Shown here: positions 43,455-51,469 of the stretch, piece by piece
Numbering within the stretch: position 1 is the first letter of the stretch
Layout of the letters: every line of letters begins with the position of its first letter
Source of the DNA: Candidatus Omnitrophota bacterium
GTDB taxonomy: Bacteria; Omnitrophota; Gorgyraeia; Duberdicusellales; 4484-171
DNA: 64,000 nucleotides
NCBI GenBank assembly: GCA_043815185.1
Contig: JBDRJF010000024.1
Location: forward strand, 64,533 to 128,532
Direction: 5' to 3'
The notes under the pieces: model-generated
Seen by the model: only the letters and a program-made list of their open reading frames with translations
Told to the model about the DNA's origin: nothing
Databases searched by the model: none
Made by a program: the position numbers and the translations under genes

Positions 43455-44189
43455 TTATAATTTATCAACAACACCGAATGCTAAATCAGCCATTTTCATC
43501 TCAGCCTCAAAGAATCTATAGTCGGCAAACCCTAATCTTCCGGTAATAAGGTTATCAGATACTGCTAAAACAGCTGCGGCCTTTCTCTTATAAATATTGG
43601 CTACAGTTACAAACGGTGAAGTTACCATATCCACGGCAATCGCACCTTTCTCAATATAAGGATTAACTATCTCTTTAGTCTCTCTAAATAAAGCATCGGT
43701 TGTCCACACTCCTCCGCGATGTAAGGTGCCAGCATTTTTAAAAACCGCTTCTATCTTCGATGTCAATTGGTTATCTACCTTAGATACATAATTATCATCT
43801 ACGTAGTACTTAGTTGCCCCGTCTCCCCGGATAATATCAGTAGCTAAGATGTAATCTCCGACATTTATATCTTCTCTCAAGGCTCCGCAAGAACCAAGCC
43901 TGACCAAAGTATTGATCCCGCCGACACATAAAAACTCAGTAACAAAGGCTGAATCAGGAGCATAAAATCCGCCATTACCAACAGTTACTTTTCTGCCTTT
44001 GTAAAAGCCGGTCCAAAAAGTATAGCCAAGAAAGGTAAAATTCTTTACTGAATTCTCTAATCTCTCTAAACACATCTTTGCCCTGTGCTGCTGGCCGCTG
44101 ACTAAAGCAATTTCGCCAAAATCACCATCTTTAAACTGCAAAGAGTAAAGAAGCTCTTTGGGGCTTAGATGAAGCTCTCTCTGCATCAT
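43455..44189 (-). CDS. PNP/UDP-1 family nucleoside phosphorylase
   Basis: 244 aa with a family pattern (LVRLGSCGAL..., AVDMVTS). Confidence 0.7.
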   Translation of the reverse strand: MMQRELHLSPKELLYSLQFKDGDFGEIALVSGQQHRAKMCLERLENSVKNFTFLGYTFWTGFYKGRKVTVGNGGFYAPDSAFVTEFLCVGGINTLVRLGSCGALREDINVGDYILATDIIRGDGATKYYVDDNYVSKVDNQLTSKIEAVFKNAGTLHRGGVWTTDALFRETKEIVNPYIEKGAIAVDMVTSPFVTVANIYKRKAAAVLAVSDNLITGRLGFADYRFFEAEMKMADLAFGVVDKL

Positions 44190-44191
44190 AG

Positions 44192-45703
44192 CTAAGCTCC
44201 TCCTTTAACTAATTTTTGCTTATCAATTTTGCCAGTTCTATTCTTAGGTAAATCTTCTACAAATTCAAAGTGATGGGGAACTTTAAAGTGAGCTATCCGT
44301 TCTTTTAAGAAGTCCTTTATCTCGTCCGCATCTAAGCTCGCCTGCTGCCGGGTGACGATAAATGCTTTGGGTACCTCACCGCGCAAATTATCAGCTACAC
44401 CAATAATCGCAACCTCTTTTACTTTGGGATGTTCTTGTATTTTCTCTTCCACTTCAGCCGGAGAAACTATCTCCCCTGCCACTTTAATCATATCTTTTTT
44501 TCTTCCTACTATATAATACAGACCCTCCTGGTCTTGTTTAACGATATCGCCGGTCTTAAGCCAGCGGTCTTGGGTCAACACCTCTTGGGTTAGGGCCGGT
44601 TCTTTAAAGTAGCCGCGCATTATCGCCTCACCCTTAACCCATAACTCTCCTTTTTTTCCCCTGCTTACACTTTCTCCAGCTTCATTGACAATCTTAGCTT
44701 CCATCTTAGAGTCAAAAGAACCGATACTGGAAATCTTGGCTTCATCAGGCGGTGAAAAAGTATTGGGGGCTGCTGTTTCAGTCATTCCCCAGCCATTTAA
44801 AACTACTGCATTAGGGCATAGTTTATGAAATCGCTCCAGAAGCAGCGGCGATGAAGGAGCACCAAAGACAACCGCAAACCGTAGCGAAGAAAGGTCAAAC
44901 TTCTCATATTCTTTTAAACCGAGAATCGCCACATACATTGCCGGAACAATGCAGAATATAGTAACTTTATGCCGCTCTATATTCCTTAAGAACTCTAAAG
45001 GATGAAATCTCTCCATAAGGATAAGGGGAGAGGAGAAATAAATCATCAGGAGTATATAACCTAAGCCTCCGATATGGGAAAATGGCACACCGCCGCATAA
45101 AAACCGATCTTCTCCAGATATACCTAAGAAGCGGTCGATAGTTTTCGGAGAATTATCTAAGTGCCGGAATTCTAAGCTTACTCCCTTGGGATGACCGGTA
45201 GAGCCGGAAGTATAAAATATCGAACAAAGGCCGCGCTCATTGTGTTTTAAGCTAATTTCATCAGAATTTCCTTGAGTTAAGGCTGAATCCCAGGTTGAAA
45301 AACTCTCCGAATTCTCTAGGCAGACGATTATTTCTTTTAAACTTTTACACTTACTCTTAATGTTTAGCAGGTTTAATTCCTTCTTAGGGTGGATCACTAA
45401 AACTTTAGCCTGGCTGTGATTTATGAAATTAATAATTTCACTTTCAGTTAACATGAAATCCAAAGGTACTATTGCTGCCTGGGCGCTAAATACACCTAAG
45501 AAGGTAAACAGAGCCTCAAGGCCGTTAGGAAGAAACATGGCTACTTTATCTTCCTGCCTAATACCTAAACTGAGAAGATAATTAGCCAGCTTAAAAGAGG
45601 TTTCTTTAAGCTCGCGGAAGGTAACTGTCCTATCTTGAAATAATACTGCCTTCTTCTGAGGACAATTCTTGGCTTTGTCTTTGAGTAATTCCCCAATATT
45701 CAT
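44192..45703 (-). CDS. AMP-dependent synthetase/ligase (acyl-CoA or acyl-ACP ligase)
   Basis: 503 aa with YTSGSTGHPKGV (A3), GWGMTE and TGDIV motifs and a C-terminal lysine block (RTGKIDK). Confidence 0.9.
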   Translation of the reverse strand: MNIGELLKDKAKNCPQKKAVLFQDRTVTFRELKETSFKLANYLLSLGIRQEDKVAMFLPNGLEALFTFLGVFSAQAAIVPLDFMLTESEIINFINHSQAKVLVIHPKKELNLLNIKSKCKSLKEIIVCLENSESFSTWDSALTQGNSDEISLKHNERGLCSIFYTSGSTGHPKGVSLEFRHLDNSPKTIDRFLGISGEDRFLCGGVPFSHIGGLGYILLMIYFSSPLILMERFHPLEFLRNIERHKVTIFCIVPAMYVAILGLKEYEKFDLSSLRFAVVFGAPSSPLLLERFHKLCPNAVVLNGWGMTETAAPNTFSPPDEAKISSIGSFDSKMEAKIVNEAGESVSRGKKGELWVKGEAIMRGYFKEPALTQEVLTQDRWLKTGDIVKQDQEGLYYIVGRKKDMIKVAGEIVSPAEVEEKIQEHPKVKEVAIIGVADNLRGEVPKAFIVTRQQASLDADEIKDFLKERIAHFKVPHHFEFVEDLPKNRTGKIDKQKLVKGGA

Positions 45704-45712
45704 CTGTGAAAA

Positions 45713-45744
45713 ATAGTAAAATTTTAATAGTAAAATTTTACTAT
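45713..45744. promoter_or_regulatory. operator-like palindrome at the head of the supercluster
   Basis: Perfect 18-bp palindrome ATAGTAAAATTTTACTAT (45727..45744), preceded by a direct copy of its first 14 nt (45713..45726). It lies 10-41 nt upstream of the AMP-ligase ATG. Confidence 0.55.
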
Positions 45745-45779
45745 CAATAGCTATTTAGTCAAGTTTTTTAAGCTAAAAT

Positions 45780-46928
45780 TTAATTGTTCCGCTTAAGGAA
45801 ACTTAAGCACTCCAGGTGGGGGGTATGAGGGAAAAAGTCAAAAGGCTCAATAAAATCAAGGCTATATTGGCCTAAGAACCCTTCTAAGTCTCCGAAGAAA
45901 GCCTCAGGATTACAGGATGAATAGATAATATTTTTAGGTTCCAGCCTTAAAATAGCTCTTATTATCTTGGGCGAGAGCCCGCAGCGGGGAGGGTTTACAA
46001 CTAAGAAATCAGTATTCTTATAGAATGCGCCTTGGGTGTTGAGGAACTTTCGGGAGTCAGCAGTAAAAAAGGAAATATTATCTATCCGGTTAAGCTTAGC
46101 ATTCTGCCAAGCTAGATCAACAATTTCCTCTTCTCTTTCTACGCCCCAAACAAATTTTGCATCCCGGGCAAGAAACATCCCGATAGAACCTACTCCGCAA
46201 AAAAGATCCAATACCTGCTCAGCGGAAGAAGCTCTGGCATAATCTCTGATCTTCTTGTAAAAATCTACTATAGCATAAGGATTAACCTGGAAGAATGTAT
46301 CAATCCCGATTCTAAAAGTTAGCTCATCTAATCTCTCCTCGATAAAAGCCTGGCCATACAAGAGCTCTTTTTTGTCAAAGACTACCGCATCGGAGAATGA
46401 ATCGCTAACAATCTGATAAATAGATTTAATAGTCGATTTTAATTTTAATGAAGTTAAAACTTTTATAAACCCTTTAACATCCAGGGCTTCACTGCTGCTG
46501 GTAACTATACCGATCATCATCTCTTGGGTGAATTTTGTTTCCCGGATGATTAAGTAACGCAGGAACCCTTGATGCGAATACTTATCATATACCGAGTGCT
46601 TTTTTTTCTTAACAAAATCCTTAATTGCTTTTATCAGCGCTCCTAAATCCGGAGAAAAAATCAGACACTCTTCTATGTCTACTACCTTTCGCTTCTCTCT
46701 CTTGCTGTAAAGGCCGCAAACAACTCCCTCCTGATCAGCAAAACTAAACTCCATTTTGTTGCGGTAATACTCGGGGGGAAAGGAATTAATCGGTTTTAGC
46801 TCGGTATCAATTTTATGGAAGGTGGCTAAATCCCTAACCTTAGCTTCTTTTGTGGCCAGCTGCTGTTTATAAGGAATATCCTGGAAGCGGCATCCGCCGC
46901 ACTCAGAGAAGTGCTTACAAATCTTCAT
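45780..46928 (-). CDS. 23S rRNA (uracil-C5)-methyltransferase, RlmD/RumA-like
   Basis: 382 aa with an N-terminal Fe-S Cys cluster (CKHFSECGGC), the SAM motif DLFCGVGSIG and a catalytic Cys (YSSCNP). Confidence 0.85.
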   Translation of the reverse strand: MKICKHFSECGGCRFQDIPYKQQLATKEAKVRDLATFHKIDTELKPINSFPPEYYRNKMEFSFADQEGVVCGLYSKREKRKVVDIEECLIFSPDLGALIKAIKDFVKKKKHSVYDKYSHQGFLRYLIIRETKFTQEMMIGIVTSSSEALDVKGFIKVLTSLKLKSTIKSIYQIVSDSFSDAVVFDKKELLYGQAFIEERLDELTFRIGIDTFFQVNPYAIVDFYKKIRDYARASSAEQVLDLFCGVGSIGMFLARDAKFVWGVEREEEIVDLAWQNAKLNRIDNISFFTADSRKFLNTQGAFYKNTDFLVVNPPRCGLSPKIIRAILRLEPKNIIYSSCNPEAFFGDLEGFLGQYSLDFIEPFDFFPHTPHLECLSFLKRNN

Positions 46929-47419
46929 CTTATGATTAAATCCTTTAATTTCTTTCGCCTTGCTCCCCGGGGAGAATCAAGAGGATATCCCAGGGCTAAA
47001 ACTGCTGCTAACTCTAAGTTTTTAGGGGTTTTTAAGAGTTTGTGGATTTGGGTTTTTTGATTTAAAATTTCACCTAGCCAACAAGCTCCTAGTCCTTTGG
47101 AGTGGATAGAAATAAGCATATTCTCAATACAAGCGCCGATTGCCATTAAATCCTTGTCGCGATTATAAGAGTTTTCTTGATCAAAAAATACCAATATAAG
47201 CTTATCGGCATTCTTTACTATCTGGGAATACTTTGTGCACTCGGCCAAGGAATTTTTTCTCTCTGCTTCCAGGATCATAAACTTCCAAGGCTGATTGTTT
47301 AACCCGGAAGGCGCCCAACGCCCAGCTTCCAGGATATCATTGATGATCTCTCGGCTAACATCTTTATTCTTAAATTTCCTTACTGAACGCCGAGTTTTTA
47401 TTAATTCTAGTATATCCAT
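46925..47419 (-). CDS. nitroreductase family protein
   Basis: Starts MDILELIKTRRSVRKF. The start is reset to the ATG at 47419 because the tracked 10-codon extension translates a hairpin. Confidence 0.8.
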   Translation of the reverse strand: MDILELIKTRRSVRKFKNKDVSREIINDILEAGRWAPSGLNNQPWKFMILEAERKNSLAECTKYSQIVKNADKLILVFFDQENSYNRDKDLMAIGACIENMLISIHSKGLGACWLGEILNQKTQIHKLLKTPKNLELAAVLALGYPLDSPRGARRKKLKDLIIR

Positions 47420-47430
47420 CCCCTTCTTCC

Positions 47431-47451
47431 GGTTGAGGCTTAGCCTCAACC
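47431..47451 (-). other. GC-rich hairpin just upstream of the nitroreductase SD
   Basis: GGTTGAGGC, TTA loop, GCCTCAACC (9-bp perfect stem). Confidence 0.5.
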
Positions 47452-47469
47452 GCTATTTACTTTGCTGCC

Positions 47470-47498
47470 ATTGTAGTACAATTACCACCCTCAATCAA
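47470..47498 (-). promoter_or_regulatory. sigma-70-like promoter of the nitroreductase/rlmD-like operon
   Basis: On the minus strand: TTGATT (47498..47493), 17 nt, TACAAT (47475..47470). Confidence 0.5.
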
Positions 47499-47547
47499 GG
47501 TGATTCTTCCTCCGATAAGGTAAAATAAAGTGCCTAATCCAGACACC

Positions 47548-47587
47548 TACGCGGTGCAGATAAAAGAATTACTCTACCCACCGCGTA
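47548..47587. repeat. 9-bp hairpin abutting R1 copy 3
   Basis: TACGCGGTG, 22-nt loop, CACCGCGTA. It holds the same position relative to the R1 left end as the hairpin at 25066..25103. Confidence 0.5.
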
Positions 47588-47592
47588 TCTCA

Positions 47593-47735
47593 GGGGACGG
47601 TTCTCGTTACCCTATCCTTTACCCGCACAACAAGCTGTAAACACACCATTATAAATATCTAATTTAATTGAAAGAAAAAACTTTCTTTTTACGTCTATTA
47701 TAATAAGAGAGGTAAAAAAGAGGAGGGGCGTCCCC
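47593..47735. mobile_element. repeat family R1 copy 3 (left TIR intact, right TIR reduced to CGTCCCC)
   Basis: Starts GGGGACGGTTCTC and ends ...GGGGCGTCCCC. Flanks are TCA and TAA (both TNA). The body is near-identical by eye to copy 2. Confidence 0.65.
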
Positions 47736-47773
47736 TAAGATAGATTTTGGGTGTTAGAACGATAAAATATAAT

Positions 47774-47802
47774 TTGACTTAGCTAGATTTATGGTATATA
47801 TT
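47774..47802 (+). promoter_or_regulatory. promoter of the NYN gene
   Basis: TTGACT (47774..47779), 17 nt, TATATT (47797..47802). An alternative TGgTATATA extended -10 is also present. The spelling around -35/-10 resembles the phd promoter. Confidence 0.5.
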
Positions 47803-47825
47803 TTAGGTAGAAATGAAACTACTAC

Positions 47826-47868
47826 CCTTGGGTTTCGACCCAAGGTGCGGGGCTGCCTTAGGCAGCCC
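47826..47868 (+). promoter_or_regulatory. two GC-rich hairpins in the NYN 5' leader
   Basis: CCTTGGGT-TTCG-ACCCAAGG (47826..47845) and GGGCTGCC-TTA-GGCAGCCC (47850..47868). Only a weak AGG precedes the ATG. Confidence 0.6.
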
Positions 47869-47885
47869 TCGCTTATTTATAGGCA

Positions 47886-48509
47886 ATGAAAAGAACTTAC
47901 GTTTACATTGACGGGTTTAATTTATACTACCGCGCTATTAAAAATACCCCTTATAAATGGCTTGATTTAAAAGTTCTTTGCCAAAAGCTTCTTACTAAAG
48001 ATCATAGAATTGATGCACTTAAATATTTTACTGCAATCGTATCGGGTAAAAAAGACTCCCAAAAACCTATCCGACAACAGACTTATATTAGAGCGCTTGA
48101 GAAATATAACCCAGAAGTATCTGTATACTACGGCCAATTTCGTAGCCATAGGCAAAAAGCACTTCTTGCTTACCCAACTAAAAAAAAGAAATTTGAATAC
48201 ATCATTAAAACGGAAGAGAAAGGTTCTGATGTCAATCTTGCTGTACATCTTTTAAATGATGGCTGGCTTAATAAATATGACTGTGCGGTGCTAATTTCAA
48301 ATGATAGCGACCTTGCAGAGGCAATAAATCTTGTTAAAAAAGAACATAGCAAGTTAATAGGTTTGCTTCTACCTACGAATTGTTACCCGTCAAAAGAATT
48401 AATGCCTTTGGTTGATTTTGTTAAAACTATAAGAAAAGGTGTGCTGGCGATATCACAGTTGCCAAATTTGATACCAGGAACAAAAATACATAAGCCAATA
48501 ACATGGTAA
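47886..48509 (+). CDS. NYN (LabA/PIN-like) domain protein, predicted ribonuclease
   Basis: 207 aa with acidic motifs YIDGFNLYY, EKGSDVNLA and SNDSDL in the NYN order. Confidence 0.75.
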   Translation: MKRTYVYIDGFNLYYRAIKNTPYKWLDLKVLCQKLLTKDHRIDALKYFTAIVSGKKDSQKPIRQQTYIRALEKYNPEVSVYYGQFRSHRQKALLAYPTKKKKFEYIIKTEEKGSDVNLAVHLLNDGWLNKYDCAVLISNDSDLAEAINLVKKEHSKLIGLLLPTNCYPSKELMPLVDFVKTIRKGVLAISQLPNLIPGTKIHKPITW

Positions 48510-48537
48510 AGTTTTTTGGTTGAGAATAAACTTTACC
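48505..48537. terminator. bidirectional hairpin between the convergent NYN and era genes
   Basis: Perfect 10-bp stem GGTAAAGTTT / AAACTTTACC with a 13-nt loop. AT-rich, so probably weak. Confidence 0.45.
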
Positions 48538-48539
48538 GA

Positions 48540-49448
48540 TTAATCCCACCAATAGCCTAATTCTTTTAATATCCGCGGCCGGTCCTGCCAATCCTTTAAA
48601 ACCTTAACCCAAATATCCAAAAAGACTTTTTTATTATAAATCTTCTCAATCTCCGGACGCGAGCGGCTCCCTACTTCCTTCAGTACTTCTCCTCCCTTAC
48701 CAATAACAATTCGCTTTTGAGAATTTCGCTTAACATAGATATTGGCTTTTATCGAAACTATCTTTTTCTTATTATTTATCTCTTCAATCTCAACTGCTAT
48801 AGAGTGTGGCAATTCTTTCTTAAGTTGTAAGAATAATTTCTCCCTGATGATATCAGCAACCCGGAATTTAGGCGGGAAATCAGTTAAAGAATCAGTATCA
48901 TAGTAAGGGTGGGCCTCTGATAAGTTCTCTAAAATAGAATCTCGTAACTTATCAACATCTTTTCCGGTCTTAGCTGATAAAGGTAGGTAATAAATTAAAG
49001 GGTTTCTCTTACCCTCTACTTTCTCGGCCCATAAATCAATGTAAGCGTTAAGATACTTAAGCCCTAAGTCAATCTTATTTAAAACCATAATTGTTTTAAC
49101 TTTTTGTCCGCTAATAATCCGCATCAGCTCTTGCTCTTCCTTACCGGGGCGCCGGGATATATCAACCACATAAATGACCAGGTCACAGCCCTCTAAGGCT
49201 CTTTTAGCAACTGTATTCAAGTGCGAAGCTAACTTATCCTCAAAAGAATGAATACCCGGCGTATCCACAAAAACAACCTGAGCATTTTCCAGATTTAGAA
49301 TTCCTTTTATCTGATGACGGGTTGTCTGGGGGATGGGCGAAATAATACTTATTTTATTGGCTACTAAAGCATTAAGCAAGGTAGACTTGCCGACATTAGG
49401 CCGGCCTAGGATAGTTACGAATCCTGATCTAAATTTTGTTTTCCCCAT
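48540..49448 (-). CDS. era: GTPase Era
   Basis: 302 aa with GRPNVGKST (G1), DTPG, NKID and a C-terminal KH domain. Confidence 0.92.
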   Translation of the reverse strand: MGKTKFRSGFVTILGRPNVGKSTLLNALVANKISIISPIPQTTRHQIKGILNLENAQVVFVDTPGIHSFEDKLASHLNTVAKRALEGCDLVIYVVDISRRPGKEEQELMRIISGQKVKTIMVLNKIDLGLKYLNAYIDLWAEKVEGKRNPLIYYLPLSAKTGKDVDKLRDSILENLSEAHPYYDTDSLTDFPPKFRVADIIREKLFLQLKKELPHSIAVEIEEINNKKKIVSIKANIYVKRNSQKRIVIGKGGEVLKEVGSRSRPEIEKIYNKKVFLDIWVKVLKDWQDRPRILKELGYWWD

Positions 49449-49465
49449 TTTAGAAGTAAATTTGG

Positions 49466-51463
49466 CTATCCCTTTTGATAACGTTTTTTCAAAGATAAAT
49501 CCAAAAACTCTCCCTTTAAAGGATTATAGCCGTAATAGGCGAGCAGAAAACAGGCTGTTGAAGCAAGGGAACCGGTTCTACTCCCCTTAGGAGTCCGCCA
49601 ACCGTGTCCGGTATCAACAAAGGGGCTAGAAGCATAAGGAAGACAAGGATCTTCCCGGCCGGCAGGCGAAGGAGAAGTTATAAGCATTTTCTGCAATTCA
49701 TTAAAATAAAAGAGCGCCTTGGCTAAATATTCTTTAGATTTATTAGGGTTTTTATCTTTAAAATAATCAGCCATAACCTCAAAGGCTAAAATCATCTGGG
49801 AGGTCCACTCGCTTGACACTACACCGCCTCGAGAAGCATTTTTTAGTTTAGCAAAATCAAACCCTTCTAACTCTACCTCACCTTTCTTACGCTTAAACTT
49901 TACCCCCACCTTACAATGCTCGACAGCAAACTTTAAGATTGTCTCAGGATTCATTTTTAGGCTAAAAAGCTCCTCGGGACCAAAAGCAGTTATTGACCAA
50001 GCATAAGTATCAGTAGCAATAGTAGAATCACCCTTACCTCTTTTAACCGGAGGGCCGTAATCGGTATAGGAGTAGCGGCAGACCCAGCTCTTTATCTTCT
50101 GGGCCGCATTTAAATACTTTTTTTCACCGCTTAACTGATAGAAGAGGTTAAAAAAACTAAAGACATCCAGATTGTGTTCGGTAGAATACCAAGACTCATC
50201 AGGGCCTCCCTTTATTCCGCCTTCGACATCCATCAAACCCAGGAGAAAATTACTTACTCCTCTTGCAATCGGTAAATATTTTCCATCACCGGTTTCCTTA
50301 GTATAACAAAGAGCAGCTAAGCCAAGCCAGGCGTTCGGCCCACTATGGAGTACATACTCAAAGACATCTCCCTGAGTAAAGTAGGCGTTATAAATACCCT
50401 TGCCTTCATTGGCCTTCTTAAGGTAAAAATCCAGTATTTTCTCAGCTCTTGGTTGATCCCCGGAAACGAGAAACACAATCGTGGCCAAAGCTTGGTCATA
50501 GGTAAAACAGACCCGGTCTAGACTATTATCCCCTTCATAGCTAAGCACTAACCCCCTTTGCAAATCTTGACGGTTCTTTATCCAATTATACATACCTCCG
50601 ATTACTTCTTGTGAAGACTTCAGCTCTTCCTGCTGAAGGTTTTCTACTTCTTCTTGGATCTTTAATGTAGCGGCTTTGCTCTCTTTTTCTTTCACCTTTA
50701 AGAACTCGTTTTCCCGTTTTAAGCCGGCTAACTCTAGTCTCAACACCGAAAGCTTCGCTTTAAGCTTCCCGGCTTCTTCCAAGTTAGCGCTATCCGCGCT
50801 TTGGCTTTGAAGTAACGCATCGTACTTGCCCTGCCCAAGAATGACCTCTTTGCTCAATGAATCAATGGACTTAGTTAAATTTAATTGACTTTCTCTAAAG
50901 AATGTCTTGCTGTTAGCCTCTTTCGCTAAAATATCTTCAAGGGCCGACTTCTTTTCCAAGATACTCACATAATTACTTACTAACCGGATATTTTTCCTCG
51001 CTAAGGAGCTCACTCGCCAGAATAAAGAAAAAGAAAGAAATAAAAGAATCGTTATGACTCCGGTTACAACCGCTGGTGTGTATTTCTTAACCAGAGCATA
51101 TTTAAATAAAAATTTTGCTTTCTGCTTGTCGTCGTCCATGAATCTTAAGCCTACTGCATAACGATTAAAATCCTTTAATCTTTGTTGCCTTAACCAACTT
51201 ATCTCGGCCTTTAAACAAACAGCTTGAGATTTAAAAGGCAGTTCAATGCACAGGGAGAGTTGAGCTCCCGGGTAACTTAGGCGGTCGGCAAAACCCCACC
51301 AAAGGTCATTAATTAAAAGGCAGATACCGCCTTTTCCGATATCATGGGTAAATCCTTGAAGCCAAGGTGTCATTTTCTCGCCCTTAACATCAAGGATGAA
51401 AAACTCAACCGGCAAAACAGTAGAAGTCCTTATATATCTTCGCTGGTCCTTCCTGTTTTTCAT
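49466..51463 (-). CDS. PilZ / TM / coiled-coil / (alpha/alpha)-toroid-like domain protein
   Basis: 665 aa. PilZ motifs RRYIR and DIGKGG; one TM span (VVTGVITILLFLSFSLFW); a heptad-rich segment of roughly 130 aa; and a ~370-aa C-terminal region with toroid-like repeats. Confidence 0.65.
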   Translation of the reverse strand: MKNRKDQRRYIRTSTVLPVEFFILDVKGEKMTPWLQGFTHDIGKGGICLLINDLWWGFADRLSYPGAQLSLCIELPFKSQAVCLKAEISWLRQQRLKDFNRYAVGLRFMDDDKQKAKFLFKYALVKKYTPAVVTGVITILLFLSFSLFWRVSSLARKNIRLVSNYVSILEKKSALEDILAKEANSKTFFRESQLNLTKSIDSLSKEVILGQGKYDALLQSQSADSANLEEAGKLKAKLSVLRLELAGLKRENEFLKVKEKESKAATLKIQEEVENLQQEELKSSQEVIGGMYNWIKNRQDLQRGLVLSYEGDNSLDRVCFTYDQALATIVFLVSGDQPRAEKILDFYLKKANEGKGIYNAYFTQGDVFEYVLHSGPNAWLGLAALCYTKETGDGKYLPIARGVSNFLLGLMDVEGGIKGGPDESWYSTEHNLDVFSFFNLFYQLSGEKKYLNAAQKIKSWVCRYSYTDYGPPVKRGKGDSTIATDTYAWSITAFGPEELFSLKMNPETILKFAVEHCKVGVKFKRKKGEVELEGFDFAKLKNASRGGVVSSEWTSQMILAFEVMADYFKDKNPNKSKEYLAKALFYFNELQKMLITSPSPAGREDPCLPYASSPFVDTGHGWRTPKGSRTGSLASTACFLLAYYGYNPLKGEFLDLSLKKRYQKG

Positions 51464-51469
51464 TTATTT

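Noticed and set aside
47420-47449. 10-codon N-terminal extension (MRLSLNRKKG) of the nitroreductase ORF.
   Set aside because: It translates the GGTTGAGGC/GCCTCAACC hairpin. The canonical nitroreductase N-terminus (MDILELIKTRRSVRKF) begins at the ATG at 47419 behind a GAAGGGG SD-like site.
12700-47735. Idea that the R1 repeats are integron attC sites flanking gene cassettes (TA cassettes are common in integrons).
   Set aside because: There is no intI gene or attI, and the copies are tens of kb apart among housekeeping genes rather than in an array. Copy 1 has clean 13-bp TIRs with a TTA duplication, which fits a MITE better than an attC.
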